A stretch of DNA of 61,780 nt, counting the filler, from Basidiobolus meristosporus CBS 931.73 (taxonomy: Eukaryota > Fungi > Basidiobolomycota), in NCBI GenBank assembly GCA_002104905.1. It is 4 parts of 4 records of this genome, joined end to end, with 100 filler letters (N's around TTAATTAATTAA, not from the genome) between each part and the next. Parts side by side here need not be neighbours in the genome. Positions count along the whole stretch, not along the records: positions 1 to 16,456 come from MCFE01001123.1; 3 more parts are not named here. One strand, written 5' to 3'. Each line of letters opens with the position of its first letter. Position 1 is the first letter of the stretch. This document shows, piece after piece, positions 1 to 13,003 of the stretch. The notes under the pieces were generated by a model. It worked only from the letters and a program-made list of their open reading frames with translations. It ran no database searches and had not been told where the DNA came from. The position numbers were made by a program, and so were the translations under genes.

Positions 1-3000
1 TGATATAAGAGTTGTAGAGGAATAGGGAGTTTAGCTAGTATTGTATTGACTAAAACTTAACCTGATCCTTATCAAGGTTCCAGCAGCTCCCTACATACAT
101 TTTGCCAGATCACTTGCTGCCTAATTGTGTTTCCCAACATAGGTTATGGCTGATGACTCATTTGATTGGATCATCATTACCAAATTAGATCCCACTTAAT
201 ATATCTATTTCTGTATGATAAAGATCTGCAGATTCATCTGCTGATTAATAATACTGATATCATAGATAACACTGATAAACTGATAGGCTTAGTATAAAAC
301 TAATGGACTTGACTAAAAACTGATATATTTAAACACTCAAGTGGTAGTTCATGACATTCTCCCCTACTAAAGTTGAGGGGGTTCTCCTCAATCTCATTTC
401 TTAAAATACCAATATCTTGAAGGTTCAGCATTGTCAGCAAGTCTTGCAAGCTTGAGTCTGTCTCTGTGAAATAGTTCTTCCCAGATATTACCTCGTTTGT
501 TCACTAGTTGGTAAGTTGCAAATTGACATTATTTGATGATCTTGAAAGGTCCTGTCCATTGTGGCTCAATCTTCTGCTCATTTTTTCTCAGCAATACAAA
601 TTTCCTAACTGTCAATGCCTCTGGTGATATAGACTTATCACATTTCTGCTTCATCTGTCTGGCCTGTGCCTCTGGACATCTTTGTTCTGGCTGCTGGTGT
701 CTACTTGGCTGACTGACTTTATTTTTTAAGGTGACTGTAGGCCTTGGTTGTGTCAAATCTCCTAGAATCCTTGGTTCACATCCATACACTAAGTAAAATG
801 GTGCTTTTTGGGTGGCATTGTGCATCCTAACTCTGCAGGCAAGAAGTGCTTTGTACATATATCCATCCCATCTGCTGACAGCTCCATTTGCATACTTGGT
901 CAGCATTTTTCCAAATAATTCATTTGACCACCAAGTGACTCCATTAGTTTTAGGGTAATATGCCAAGTTTTTCAAGTGTTTGACCAGCAGCATTTGCAGG
1001 TAAGCTTCCAATGTCTTTGCCATGAAGTTTGCTCCTCAATTGGAAAAAGCCTCAACTGGGCATCCAAACTTCATAAGGATTTCTTAGTAGATGAAACTTG
1101 CAACTTCTTGCCCACTAGCTACAGGTACAGCTTTGGCCACTGGCCATTTAGTGGCATGGCTAATAGCTACTAGGATCCAATTGTTGCACTTCCTGGTAGT
1201 TGGCAGTCTTCAAATAAAGTCAATTCCCCATCTCTCCAATGGTCTTACAGGCTCCAGGGGAAAGTGTTCAGCTATACTCTGTAGTAGGCATTGGTTAATT
1301 TGGCAGTTTGAGCATGTTTTCACTAGCTTCTCAATATCTTGTTTCATTCTGCACCACCATACTCTGGCTTTCACAAGGCTATATGTTCCATCAATTCCAA
1401 AATGACCATATTCCTTGTGTAACTTATATACTAAATCCAGGCAAGCAACCTAAGGGCAATGAGCAATAGGGCTTCCATCAACAATTTTGTATAATGTTTC
1501 ATCCTATACTAAAAAATTCCTGGCTTCATCCTGGATTATCTACTTGATCTCATCATCCACCTCATTAGAAATGGCTTGGTCCTCCAAGTACTTTGGTAAT
1601 AAGCTAGGCCAATCTGATTCATGAACCAAATAGAGTTTTGCAACTTATTCTAGTCTTGAAAAGGCATCATCAAATGTGTTGTTATTCCCAGGGCAGTAGA
1701 AGATCTCCAAGTCAATTTGTAGAATATATTCACTCTATCTTGTCATTCTTCTGGATAGTAGCTTCTGAGTCAATATATACTTGAGTTGCAATCCGTTGTT
1801 GTACTGAACATAACTCCTTCAATGTAGCATCTCCAGGTCTTCAAGCAGTATATTATATTAAGCATATTCTTCTCATGCACTGGATAGTTTTGCTCTGCTG
1901 AGTGCAGCATCTTGGACTCAAAGGCAACTAAATGATCCTTTCCCTCATATTCTTGGCCCAGTACTCCACCAATTGCATAGTCTGAAGCATCTGTGCACAG
2001 AGTAAGCTCTTTTCTGAAGTCTGGGATTTTTAAGCTTAGCAGCTTAGCAAGTTCATTCTTGAGTGTATGAAAGGCAGTCTCAGAGGCTATGTCCCACTTC
2101 AAGGTGTTGTCTTTCTTGGGGATATCAGCTAAAGGGGCTGCAATACTTGCAAAGACTTGACAAATCTCCAATAATAGGAAACCACTCCAAGGAATTATCT
2201 TAGTTCTGATATGCTATGGGGCTGCTTCAGATTCTTAATGACTTCAACCTTCTCAAGGTCTAAGGTAACTCCTATGCTAGTCAGTATGTGTCCCTGGTAT
2301 TCAACATGTTCCTTCAAGAATTTACATTTTGCTAGCTTGCCATACATCTTATTCTCTCTTAGCTTTTTCAAGACCTTCTAATGTAAACCTAGAGTTTCTC
2401 ATCAATCTTACTGTATATCACTATGTTGTCCTGGTAGATTACTACCAGCTTGTCTAAGTACTCCTGGAAGACTGTTTGCATCAAGGTCATGAATGTTGCA
2501 GGGGCATTGATGAGGCAAAAACTCATAACTAAGTACTTATAATATTCATATCTGGTCCTGAATGCTGTCTTTGGGTTGGCTTCTGGTTTCATCCTAATCT
2601 GGTTGTATCCTGACATGAGGTCAATCCTGCTGAACATAGCGCCTCCATTGAGTTGGTCCAAAAGCACATCAACCTCACATATGGGGTACTTATTCCTCAC
2701 AGTAACCAAGTTGAGGGCTCTGCAGTTGATGCACATCTTAAGTGTTCCATCCATCTTTTTCACAAACAGTACTGGTGCTCCCCAAGGTGACCTGCTGGGT
2801 CCTATATATCCTTGCTCCACTAACTGATCTATTTGTCTCTTCATCTCTTCCAACTCCAATGGACACATTCTCTAAGGTGTCTTACTCACTGGAGGGCTAT
2901 CTCCTGTTTCAATAGCATGATTCACATCTTTGACTGGTGGCAGGCTACAAATTCTTCTGTAAACACATCTAAATATTGCTTCAGAAGAGTCTGGACCTTG

Positions 3001-4720
3001 TGGGGTGCTGGAGTAGAAGAATCTGCCTGTAATACTGTCAAGAGCAACATCTGGGCACATTTTCTAAGTTCTCTACAGAACAGGTCTTGCTAAGTTCACC
3101 AGCTTCACTTACACTAGAATTGACCTAGTTGAAATCCAGTCTGGCAGGTAATAGCTCACAGGTCTTGTTGTCCTTCTGGGTCTGAGTAGCATGCGTTCTC
3201 CAGTTGATTGACAGATTACTACAAAAAGCCAGGTTTTTCCAAGTAAAAGGTCAAACTTTTAACTCCCTAATATATAGGCCTGTAGGTCCTCTCCATAGTC
3301 ACTGACCTTCATTCCAACTGGCTAAACAATATGGTTGATCATGTAAGAGCTCCCATCAGCTGTTGCAATAGAAGTTAATATGGTAGGTTCCAAGTTGATT
3401 CCAGCTTTCAAGGCAAATTGCTCTGACATGAACTCATGTGATGCTCCTGAGTCAATCATGATCTTAGCCGGTACCCCATTGATTACTCCATTCAAGTATA
3501 ACAGCTTTCCTGAGTTTCAGTTTGTTTGGGATAGGTATTCTTCTGTCATGTGGAAGGTGAGCTCTGAGTCTTCTTCAAATTGATCCTCCATGTTACAATG
3601 CTCAAGGGCTTCAGTATGATTGAAGGTTCTTATGGACTAGTGTCTATTTCTTTTCTGAGGGCAGTACATTGCAATATGTTCTTGCTGGTGGCAATTAAAG
3701 TGAAGTCCTTTCTGCTTATATTCTTCTGAGGTGGGATACTTCTGCATAGCATCTATTTTCATTAGCACTGCTTCTGATTGTCTTCTCTCATAATGATTAT
3801 AGCCTCTCTGATAAGTCATTGTGGGCTTCCCAGTTCCAAGCATAAAGGGGTCATAGTCAATAGCAATCTTAATGGCTTCTTCAGTAGTCTGAAGTCTTTG
3901 ATAATCACTTCCTTGCAAGTTCTGTCTTTCAACCCATCAATAAAGTATTGAACTTGATCCAGGGGGTTTATTCTTTCAATTTGTCCAAGTAGACATCTAT
4001 ACTCATAAATTTACACTTGAGCTAATCCTTTCTGTCTGAGTGCCTTCAACCTCCTCATTAGTAGTATTTCCTGGTGTGGAGGTTCAAATGTATCCTGAAT
4101 TTCAAACCCAAACTCATCCCAGGTAGAGACTGTAGAACATACTGTCATGGTGGCTGACCTGATCTTGTTGTAGTACCACTGTAAAGCTGCATTGGCTAAG
4201 TAAGAAGCTGCATAATGCAACTTGCTTCCAGGAGCAATTGCCTTAGCCTTAAAAGCCTCTTCAATCTGAAAGAGCCAAGTTCCCAGATTTTCATTGACTC
4301 TACCATGGCACCAGTTGGCCTTCACACCAAAGTTGCTCTTTACAGGGTTTTGCTGCTGCTGGGCCATTGTAGTCATTCCTTGTTGCTGCTGCCTAATGAT
4401 CTGGAGTAATTGGTCCTGTTGGGCCAGGATTTGCTGCATAGCATTCTTTCATTCTTGACTTTCTGACATCTTGAGGGTGGCTTCTTGTTTCTTTGTGGGG
4501 AAACCGCTATTTATTGCTGCTACCAATGTTACAAGTCTTGGTACAAGAGTGTAGACAAACAGGGAGCTTAACTAGTATTGTATTCACTAAAACCCAATCC
4601 CATCTTTATTGTGGTTCCAGCAGCTCCTTGTATACATTTTGCCAGATCAATTACTGACTAATTGTACTTCCCAATGGAGGTTGTGGCTGATGGCTCATTT
4701 GATTGTATCATCATTACCCA
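1..4720 (-). mobile_element. Degenerate Ty3/Gypsy LTR retrotransposon (gag-PR-RT-RNaseH-IN) with diverged LTRs
   Basis: Minus-strand fragments in Gypsy order: gag 4011-4439, decayed zinc knuckle ~3650, protease MIDSGAS ~3440-3460, RT 2389-2868 (SPWGAPVLFVKK..GTLKMC, IDLMSGYNQIR), RNase H 1770-2171 (TDASDYAIGGVL), integrase 529-1500. LTR-like segments 1-356 and from 4527 align; PBS TGGTAGCAG abuts 4527; purine tract abuts 356. Many stops and frameshifts. Confidence 0.92.
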
Positions 4721-6379
4721 AACTACTCATGGAAGCAGCTATTGATGTGCAATTTATTCATGTTATAGCTTCTAATAGCATGCTCAATGAACAGAGCATG
4801 TTTGCTTTGATTGCTCAGGTATCACTTGGCCAGTTTATTAGGTTATTGTAGCATTACAAGCACATTGCTCCTAGTGGAAATTATCTTCCATCTAACTTTT
4901 ATTATGAGCATCTTCAGCTTCTGATTAGTTATATTCTCTGCTCTGGGGCTAACAGGCTGCCTACTTTGCTGCAATTGTATGCAGTGTAGTGGGGTGACAG
5001 TGACACCCACTGACAGATGTGCTCATTCCCTTATTTTCTACTTCCCTACATCTCTACTACACTTATTTTAGTTTTATCCCATTTGTCTTACCCAATCAGT
5101 ACTATCCCATGAGCTGGTTGACTATCACACCTGCTTACCTTATTGCATAAGTTACCCCTCACTTTATGTAAGATTACTAGCTATAAGTGCTTCTATATTA
5201 GGCAAGTACCCGCGCCAGTACCTATGACACATGATCAACTTGTGTCACCATCCCTAGCATTTCCATACCATATATGGTATCCCCACATCACATAGGTTTC
5301 AGAATACTGATTCCTGATTGGATGGAGGTGCTGTGCCTCTGAGAACCTTCCGGCACCTACCTAGAGCATTCTTAGGTCATTCTGATGTCATTAAGATTTC
5401 TATTGATATCCGGAACCTTCTGGAACACCATGATTAGTAATCACTTAGCCAGTAAGAAAAGTATATAAGGGAGGCTATCCCTCTACAATAAATCATCATC
5501 CCTTTTATCAATATACCAACTTGTTGATTAGTGTGATCACTGCTACCTGCTGCTACCTGAACTTCCAACCCCAGACCACAGGACACTCCCAGGAAACCGT
5601 GCCGACAGCCAACTGACCTTGGAGGCACTACTTGTGAGGAATACTCAGAGTAGGTATCTTTTATTATATTTGATTCTTTCCCAAGTTTGTTCTTGTACAG
5701 GCAAAGATACTTTTCTGTCTTTGTAACTATTGACCACAGCTGCATTCTTATCAAGTCCCTGCTGGTGGAGCTTACAGTTGTTTTGACTTTGGAAGCTTTA
5801 GTACATTGTCATCTCAAAGGATGCTGAACCCAGCACATACTTTTGTTAAGATGCCAACTAAGTTGGGGATTGTAGCTCAATAGTTTTCCCTTGACAAGCT
5901 TGTGGCTTTATTCCCCTTCACATTAGATCAGAGACAGAACCCAAGTATTCCTAGCAAGCTTTTGCCAGAGGTTATTGCACCCAGTGAACACCCCACACAC
6001 AATACACTTGAGAAGTGTTGGACGTATCTCTCCCTTGGACTTATAAACCACCACAGCGGACTTATATACATTCTTGGTGTGGGGCAGTTTAATCTCTTAG
6101 TGTTGGTATATTGGGAATAAAGGTCTGCAGGGCTTGCTAGTAATGTATTTACTTAATAAGAATCCACCAAGGGCAATAGTCAAGGAGTGCTCATGCACAC
6201 CTTCAGTGAAGAATTTGCCTGTTAGCTGTTTCAAAGGTTTCTATTAAAATTAGCAAATCTTTCTGAATATGACTAAACCAGAGATATTGCTTTATATCTT
6301 CACATATTTTGTGTTGCTGCACTTATATCAACAAGATAGTACTGGAGTACATTTATAAGGCTAGTGATTTATTTTTCCT

Positions 6380-7650
6380 ATTACAGCATATTTGTTAAAT
6401 TTTGTCACTTTGGAATTATGGGAGCTTGGCTCTTTTGAATTGAAGAAGCTTGTAAGGCTAAAGAACTTACCTCAGGAAGTCAGTTACATTATACAGCCTC
6501 TTATTTGACAGACCAAGCTTTACGGTGGTACAATATCAAGATCAGGCCAGTTACCATGCTGTGATGCTCTGCTATTGTTACCTATTATGAGTCTGTGCTG
6601 AAAATTAAATATGTCCATTGAACTTAAACATCAGCTGATACTACCAAGGGGGAAGCTGAAGACACCTGGGCAAAAAGGAATGCTTCAAGAATACATATAT
6701 TGGTATTGGTGTCTACTTGGACAAATTCAAATAGCAGACACCCTTGATAACGCTGAATATTGTATTGATGGGTTGTAAGAAAGAACTTGCCAAGATGTAA
6801 ATACTTAAATACCTTAGATTATTGAAGCAGCCATTAAGTTTGGCATTAAATATGACTAGGCTATGCTTAGATCTGGAAAGCCTACAGTGACTAATCAGAA
6901 AAGCTACAATACTATAGGAGATTACAACCAGAAGCATTGCCAATGGATATAGATTCTATGCCAAAGAATCTCACTGCAGTAGAATGTAGGAAGAAAGAAT
7001 TTGCTGTAATTGCCACCAGTTTAGGTGTATCACAAGGTACTGCCCTCAGAAAAGAAATGCACGCCAGTTAACAAGAACTGTCTGCTACACTGAAGCTCTT
7101 GAGCGCAATAACATCTAGGATGCACTTGAAGAAGTCTTAGAATTCACCTTCCAAATATCTGAGCAATACTCTCCCCAAAGAGCTCAAACTCAGGGAAGCT
7201 AATATCTTCAACAGTGTAATCAATGGAGTACCTGCCAAGATCATGATCAACTCAGGAGCATCAAACAAGTACATGCCAGACATATTTGCCTCATAGGTTG
7301 GAATCAACTCAGGACTCACCACAGCAACTTCAGTCTGGACAGCTGAGCAGAGCTCTTGTACATTCAACCCAACCACTCAGCCAGTAAGAATGCAGATCAG
7401 TTACTATGAAGAAGACCAGCAGGCCAACATATCTAGGAACTGCAAGCCTTACCATATACTTACAAAGACCAGCCTATTTTGTTGTAATCCATCAATCCAC
7501 AGGTGAGCCTATGCTACTTAGATCCAAAAGGACTGCAAGACTTATAAGTTGTTACCTGCCAGACTGAATCTCAGCTTGGTCCATTCCAGTGTGTGTAGCA
7601 CAAATGACCTTAGCAAGAACCAGCTGTGTAGAGCATTGAGGAAAGGTAGC
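6380..7650 (+). mobile_element. Second degenerate Gypsy copy of the same family (gag-protease remnant)
   Basis: 6420-6545 is homologous to the gag of element 1 (WLF.IEE...Y.ASYL...AL.WY); 7200-7265 encodes INGVPAKIMINSGAS, matching the protease at ~3440-3490 in the opposite orientation. Confidence 0.8.
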
Positions 7651-8350
7651 CAAATGCATTCATGGTTGTCTCTGTGGTAATGGAAAGTATTCCATTACTA
7701 CAATATCTCTAAACCAATATTGCACTCATTTCTTTATTTTGCTTTTTGCTATTGTAACACACAAGTGAAAGATCAAGAATTTCCAACTTTGATGAACAAA
7801 TGCTCCAGACCCTGACAAGCAATCCACCCAAGAATATTATGTCATACAAAACACGTAGTAGCCAACACATGTTTCAAATTACAGCTCATTTGAAGCGGTA
7901 CTTAAGGAGTTATGACCAAAAGAGTCCAACTATTATATACACTATGCCTTATTGCTAGGATTACTATCGTGACTTTGATCGCGCGTAACTTTTGAACCAG
8001 CCAATCAAATCACGTGATACTTACACAGGTGCTGCGCCTATGTCCGATCTGCGCCACTACAAAATTTTAGCCTCGTATCACATGTATTGCTTGTGCAATT
8101 GCCCAAAAACTTTGCTCCTTGAAAATTTTCATATATATGACTTCCCCAGCTGAAAAATAAAGAGAGAGCCTCTCTTTCCAGAATCTCCACACTACGATTA
8201 CAAGTTTAAAGGTTATAAGACTTCCCCTGCATCACTTGCACTGTTAAGTATTCTGACTTTGATTGGTACTACATCAGTAAAGAGACTGCAAAGCTCACAA
8301 GAATCCAATCTAAGTACTACAAGAAACTACCACTTTCCTGTTGGAAAAGT

Positions 8351-8737
8351 CCCCTCTAAGAAACCCCTTTACTCTAAAGACACCCCTTTAGACACCCCTT
8401 TAGTCTAAAGACCCCTCTAGAGACCCCTTTAAGAAACCCCTTTACTCTAAAGAAGCCCCTTTAGGCACCCCTTTAGTGTAAAGGCCACTTTAGAGACCAC
8501 TACAAGAAGCCCCTTTACTCTAAAGACACCCCTTTAGACACCCCTTTAGTCTAAAGACCCCTCTAGAGACCCCTTTAAGAAACCCCTTTACTCTAAAGAA
8601 GCCCCTTTAGGCACCCCTTTAGTGTAAAGGCCACTTTAGAGACCACTACAAGAAGCCCCTTTACTCTAAAGACACCCCTTTAGACACCCCTTTAGGTCTA
8701 AAGACCCCTTGAGACTTCTACAACACACCCCTTTAGG
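8351..8737. repeat. Tandem minisatellite, 73-bp subunit in a 146-bp higher-order repeat
   Basis: AAGAA(A/G)CCCCTTTACTCTAAAGA recurs at 8358, 8431, 8504, 8577, 8650; alternate units are more alike than adjacent ones; built from ACCCCTTTAG-like motifs. Confidence 0.9.
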
Positions 8738-11700
8738 TTAAAGGGGAGTTCAGAATTTCCATATTAGGAAATATTTTCTCAGAAAGGAAAGTGACTTCCA
8801 AATAAGGAAAAGTTACTATAAAAGTAAACAAGCCCATTAGTTGACAGAAGGTCAGAACACTGCTGTAGAAGTGATAAACACTGCCTACAGTATATTTTGA
8901 GCCCAAGATTGAGGAAATTAGTGAAAGTTATATCATCTATTGGTATCTCAAACTCCCAATAAACTATTTCAGTATTAGCATACTGGAAGTTGTTGTATAT
9001 TGTTGATTAGCCTCTACATTGTAGAACAAGCCCCAAACTAATCATAATACAACACAACATCTCACCAGGGGGCTCCTCCACCCCAGTTCCTCAGAAAATC
9101 CAGACTCTTTTGAACAAATATTTGAACATTTTTCCAGACTAAGTTTCAAAACCAAAGCATCATTAGTTGCCAGATATGTGGTCATATTCTCTACTTCAGG
9201 TCAAGTGAGTGCCCCTGCAGGTTGTATTGTGCAACATGAAGTGATGGCTGCACCAGCATACAGAGATTCAGACCCAACAAGATTACATACATCACTAGGA
9301 TCTCTACCCTGTTATGGAATACTTCAATAATTATATTTGCACATACTAGTGGCCCCAGAGTATTTCAGTGTAATATCTGTGGTCCTTGTAGGTATATCAA
9401 GTACATATAACCAATGTGACTTGGTCAGATCCATGACTTTGTAAATTACTATGGCAATATATGGGCATGTTGAAGCACCAAGCTCATTAGGTCACCAATT
9501 TCAGCACAATTGGGGCAGCCACCATCATAGGGGGATATAGTGTCTCTACCCACAGCTAACTTATACCAAAGTTTTGGGATACTATTGAGCATCCACATCA
9601 GCCAACATTACTAAATATGGTGCTGAAGACACTCAGACATGAAGGAAAGGGTCATGAATAAACCTGAGTAGGGATGTCTACTTGGGTAAGTTGAAAGAAT
9701 GAATTGCCCTGATCATGTGAATACTTGGCTCATGAGCTGAAGGAAAGAACTCGGAGGGTAGTGAGTTGTACAATACCTCAGAATGCCTAAGAGGTCACTC
9801 ATATTGCCAATGCTGTATTGGGGGTTGGAAAGCCTTCAATGACTAAGCAGCAAGGTTTCAGTCACTACAAAAGAAGCTGGTTGGAAGAAGTGTCAGTGGA
9901 AATAATTGTATTGCCGAAGAATTCAACCTTAGACAAATGCATGTAGAAGGAACTATACTTTAAAATCTATCAGTAAGGACATATGTCAAACAACTGCTGC
10001 CAAAGAAGAAGTGGACAAAAGCCATCAAGTAATGGTTGAACTGTGGTTTATTCATAGAGAAGCTCTGTATTTTTACCCTTGTAGAGATAATACAACTGTA
10101 ACACCAAGTTAGGAGAGCTGTTTACTACTTGTGGACATTTGGCAGCAGTTTTGGGGTTACTACATACTGTTTTGTAAGTGTACTTATTCAATCTTGACTA
10201 TAAATGAGTGATATCAAGATTATATCTATGGCATCTTATAGATAAGTGAAAATTTGATCAGCAGCTGTCATTTCATTGGACACATAATTTGGCTTGTGCT
10301 GAATGACTGATCCTGCTGCCACTGCAGTGTCTGGACATGTAAATATCATTAAGTACATGGGGCAACCAGCCATTGATAAATAGGGAAAATCATAGTTGGA
10401 CTGGTGAAGGTTCATCCTGTAACTGGCTTGCTCAATTGTTAAATATTTTACATAAGGTTTGCTGCAGACTTGCAAATTTCCATTTTGAAGCATCTAAGAA
10501 TGTCACTGATGTATGTAGACTAATTTAGCACAGTTTTCTACCCAGATATCTTATGTTTGGTCTTATTTAAAAGTGTACAGCTGAGTTTTCCAATATCTTT
10601 CAGTCCAAACTTACAGAAGTGGCTTAGTTTTTATTCAGGTGCCTCTTGGCTACATGCAGCTATTATTAGACTGTCCACATAGAGCACAAGAGTAATAACT
10701 CCATCTTTACACTTCTTCAGGTGGATATTGTAGTTTACAGTACTTCAAGAGAGATCAATGTCTGCTGGATATGTTTCAAATTTGTGCTACCATGCACTAG
10801 GTGCCTGCTTTAGCATTTACCACAGTTTTTGAGTGGGTACACCTTATAGCAGCCTTTTAGACTGGTAAAAACTTCCAATTGCTCCATGTATATAGTTTCT
10901 AGTAGATTCACATTTGAAATGGATGTTTTACAGACATGTTGTAAAATCTGAGCTATTCAGCTGCTAGGGCTTGAACCCTCTTCTCAGAGTTAAACCAGGC
11001 CACCAGTGTATATGTTACCTCAAAGTCCAGCTTTGGATCTGAGAGTAGCCATTAGCTGCTATTGTAGCTTTGTACTTATCAAAGGTGCAATATCAAGCTA
11101 TCTTTGTCTGGTGGACACAACCACATGCAATTGGCTCTCTCCCATTTGGTAACTATCAAAGTTCTCTCACTTTTGCCCTGATAAGTGATTGGAGCTCTAC
11201 CTTCACGGTAGTTTCAGTTGGTGCTTAACAAGTTTTTTGGAAATAAGAGATTTGGGAAGAAATTGCAATAATAGTTGAACTGTTGTTTATTCATAAAGAA
11301 GCCTGGTATTTTTGCCTTTGTAGAAGTTGTACAACTATAATACCAAGTAAGGAGAATCTCTCAGCACCAAGGAGCATTCTGTAAAAGTTTCAAGGTTAAT
11401 ACATAATGCTAGGTAGAAATGCTAATACAACCATCACTATAGGGGAGTATTCACAGAATCATAGATCTGAATGAAAGTGGCAAAGTTGTGGATATAATTA
11501 GTCTAATAGTGTTAAAGAACAGTCCAGAATTACTGAGTGAATTTTTAGCAACCAAAATATACCAAATGAACTAATTTTCAACAATCCCTCTTGCCCAAAT
11601 ATTTTTCTTGATCCCAATTTCTCTCTGCAACTCTTGAGCTGTGGCCTAGCAGGTGCTTTTATCAATAGATATGTTACCAATTTGTCAGTTTAGCATTAAG

Positions 11701-12399
11701 CTGACTGTACTGAGTTACTTCTTATAGCTTCCCTCATAAGGAGATGTTGTATATCTACGTGCTCTTCTGGCTTAACTAGTTGGTCCTAAACAAATTCGAG
11801 TATCCTTGTAACTCTTAAATTATTATCTCAGTGGTGTCATTCAGCAGCTAAAAACCTATGTAACTATTCTGGACTAGTCTGGTCACTGTAGGACTAGCTT
11901 AGAGCCCTAAACATATCCACTTTTGCTCAGATCTATGATTCTACAATGACTCCCCTAGTGTGAAGATCAAATTAGCACATATATCAAATATTATATACTA
12001 ACCCTGAAGCTATTACAGAATACTCATAGATATTGGGAAATGCTCCTTACTTAGTATTATAGTTGTGCTACTTCTGGAAAGATATAAATGCTGAGCTTCT
12101 TCATCAATAGTCAACAGTACAGCCATGATTGTCATTTGTTGACAAGTTCCTTGCATCCAAAACACTTGTTAAATTGCAACAGGTTATAAGCCCTAGATGC
12201 CCTAACCTATTCCAAAGATGACACCTATCATGTGACAAAACAATACAAGCATGTTCCCTGTACAGGAGAGATATGGTGTAGTAAACTATAGACTGTGGAG
12301 AATCCAGATGCAGTTTTACCTTGACAAAAGAAGGCTTTGAAATATAGTAGTAGGAAAGGAGGCTGAGCCCAATGGAATAGCTGAAGAAGTTGAAAAGCT

Positions 12400-13003
12400 T
12401 CAAGAGCAGGCAAGTCTTGCAAGCTTGGGTGTGTCTCTATGAACTAAATCTTCCTGGATATTTCCTTGTTGTCCACTAGTTGGCAAGTTGTAAATGAACA
12501 TTCTCTGATGAGCTTGAATGGTCTTATCTGTTGTGGCTCCAGCTTCTTCTGCACATTGTTTCTCAGCAAAACAAAGTTCCCAACTGTCAATGCTGCTGGT
12601 GATAAAGTTGTATCAAATCTCTGCTTCATCTGTTTGGCATATGCCTCTTGATGTGTTTGTTCCAGCTGATGGTGTCTACTTGGCTGACTGACTTTATTTT
12701 GAAGGTGTCTTTAGGCTTTAGTTGTGTCAAATGTCCTGGAATCCTTGTTCACACCCATAAAATAAGTAAAATGGTGATTGTTGGATGACACTGTGCATCC
12801 TAACTCTGCAGGCAAAAGGTGCTTAGTATATATACCCATCCCATCGACTGACAGCTACATCTGCATACTTCGTTGGCATTTTCTATAAAATCCATTTAAC
12901 CTCTTAGTAACTCCATCAGTTTTAGGGTAATATGCCAAGTTTTTCAGGTGTGTGATCAGCAGCACTTGCAGGTAAGCTTCCAATGTCTTTGCCATGAAGT
13001 TTG
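12400..13003 (-). mobile_element. Gypsy integrase 3' remnant (third copy), interrupted by a Copia-type insertion
   Basis: ORFs 12444-12629 and 12855-13055 are homologous to 529-1023; homology stops at 13003 where TGTTGAAA (LTR) begins. Confidence 0.85.

Noticed and set aside
8351-8737. CRISPR array
   Set aside because: No unique spacers, eukaryotic context, no cas genes.
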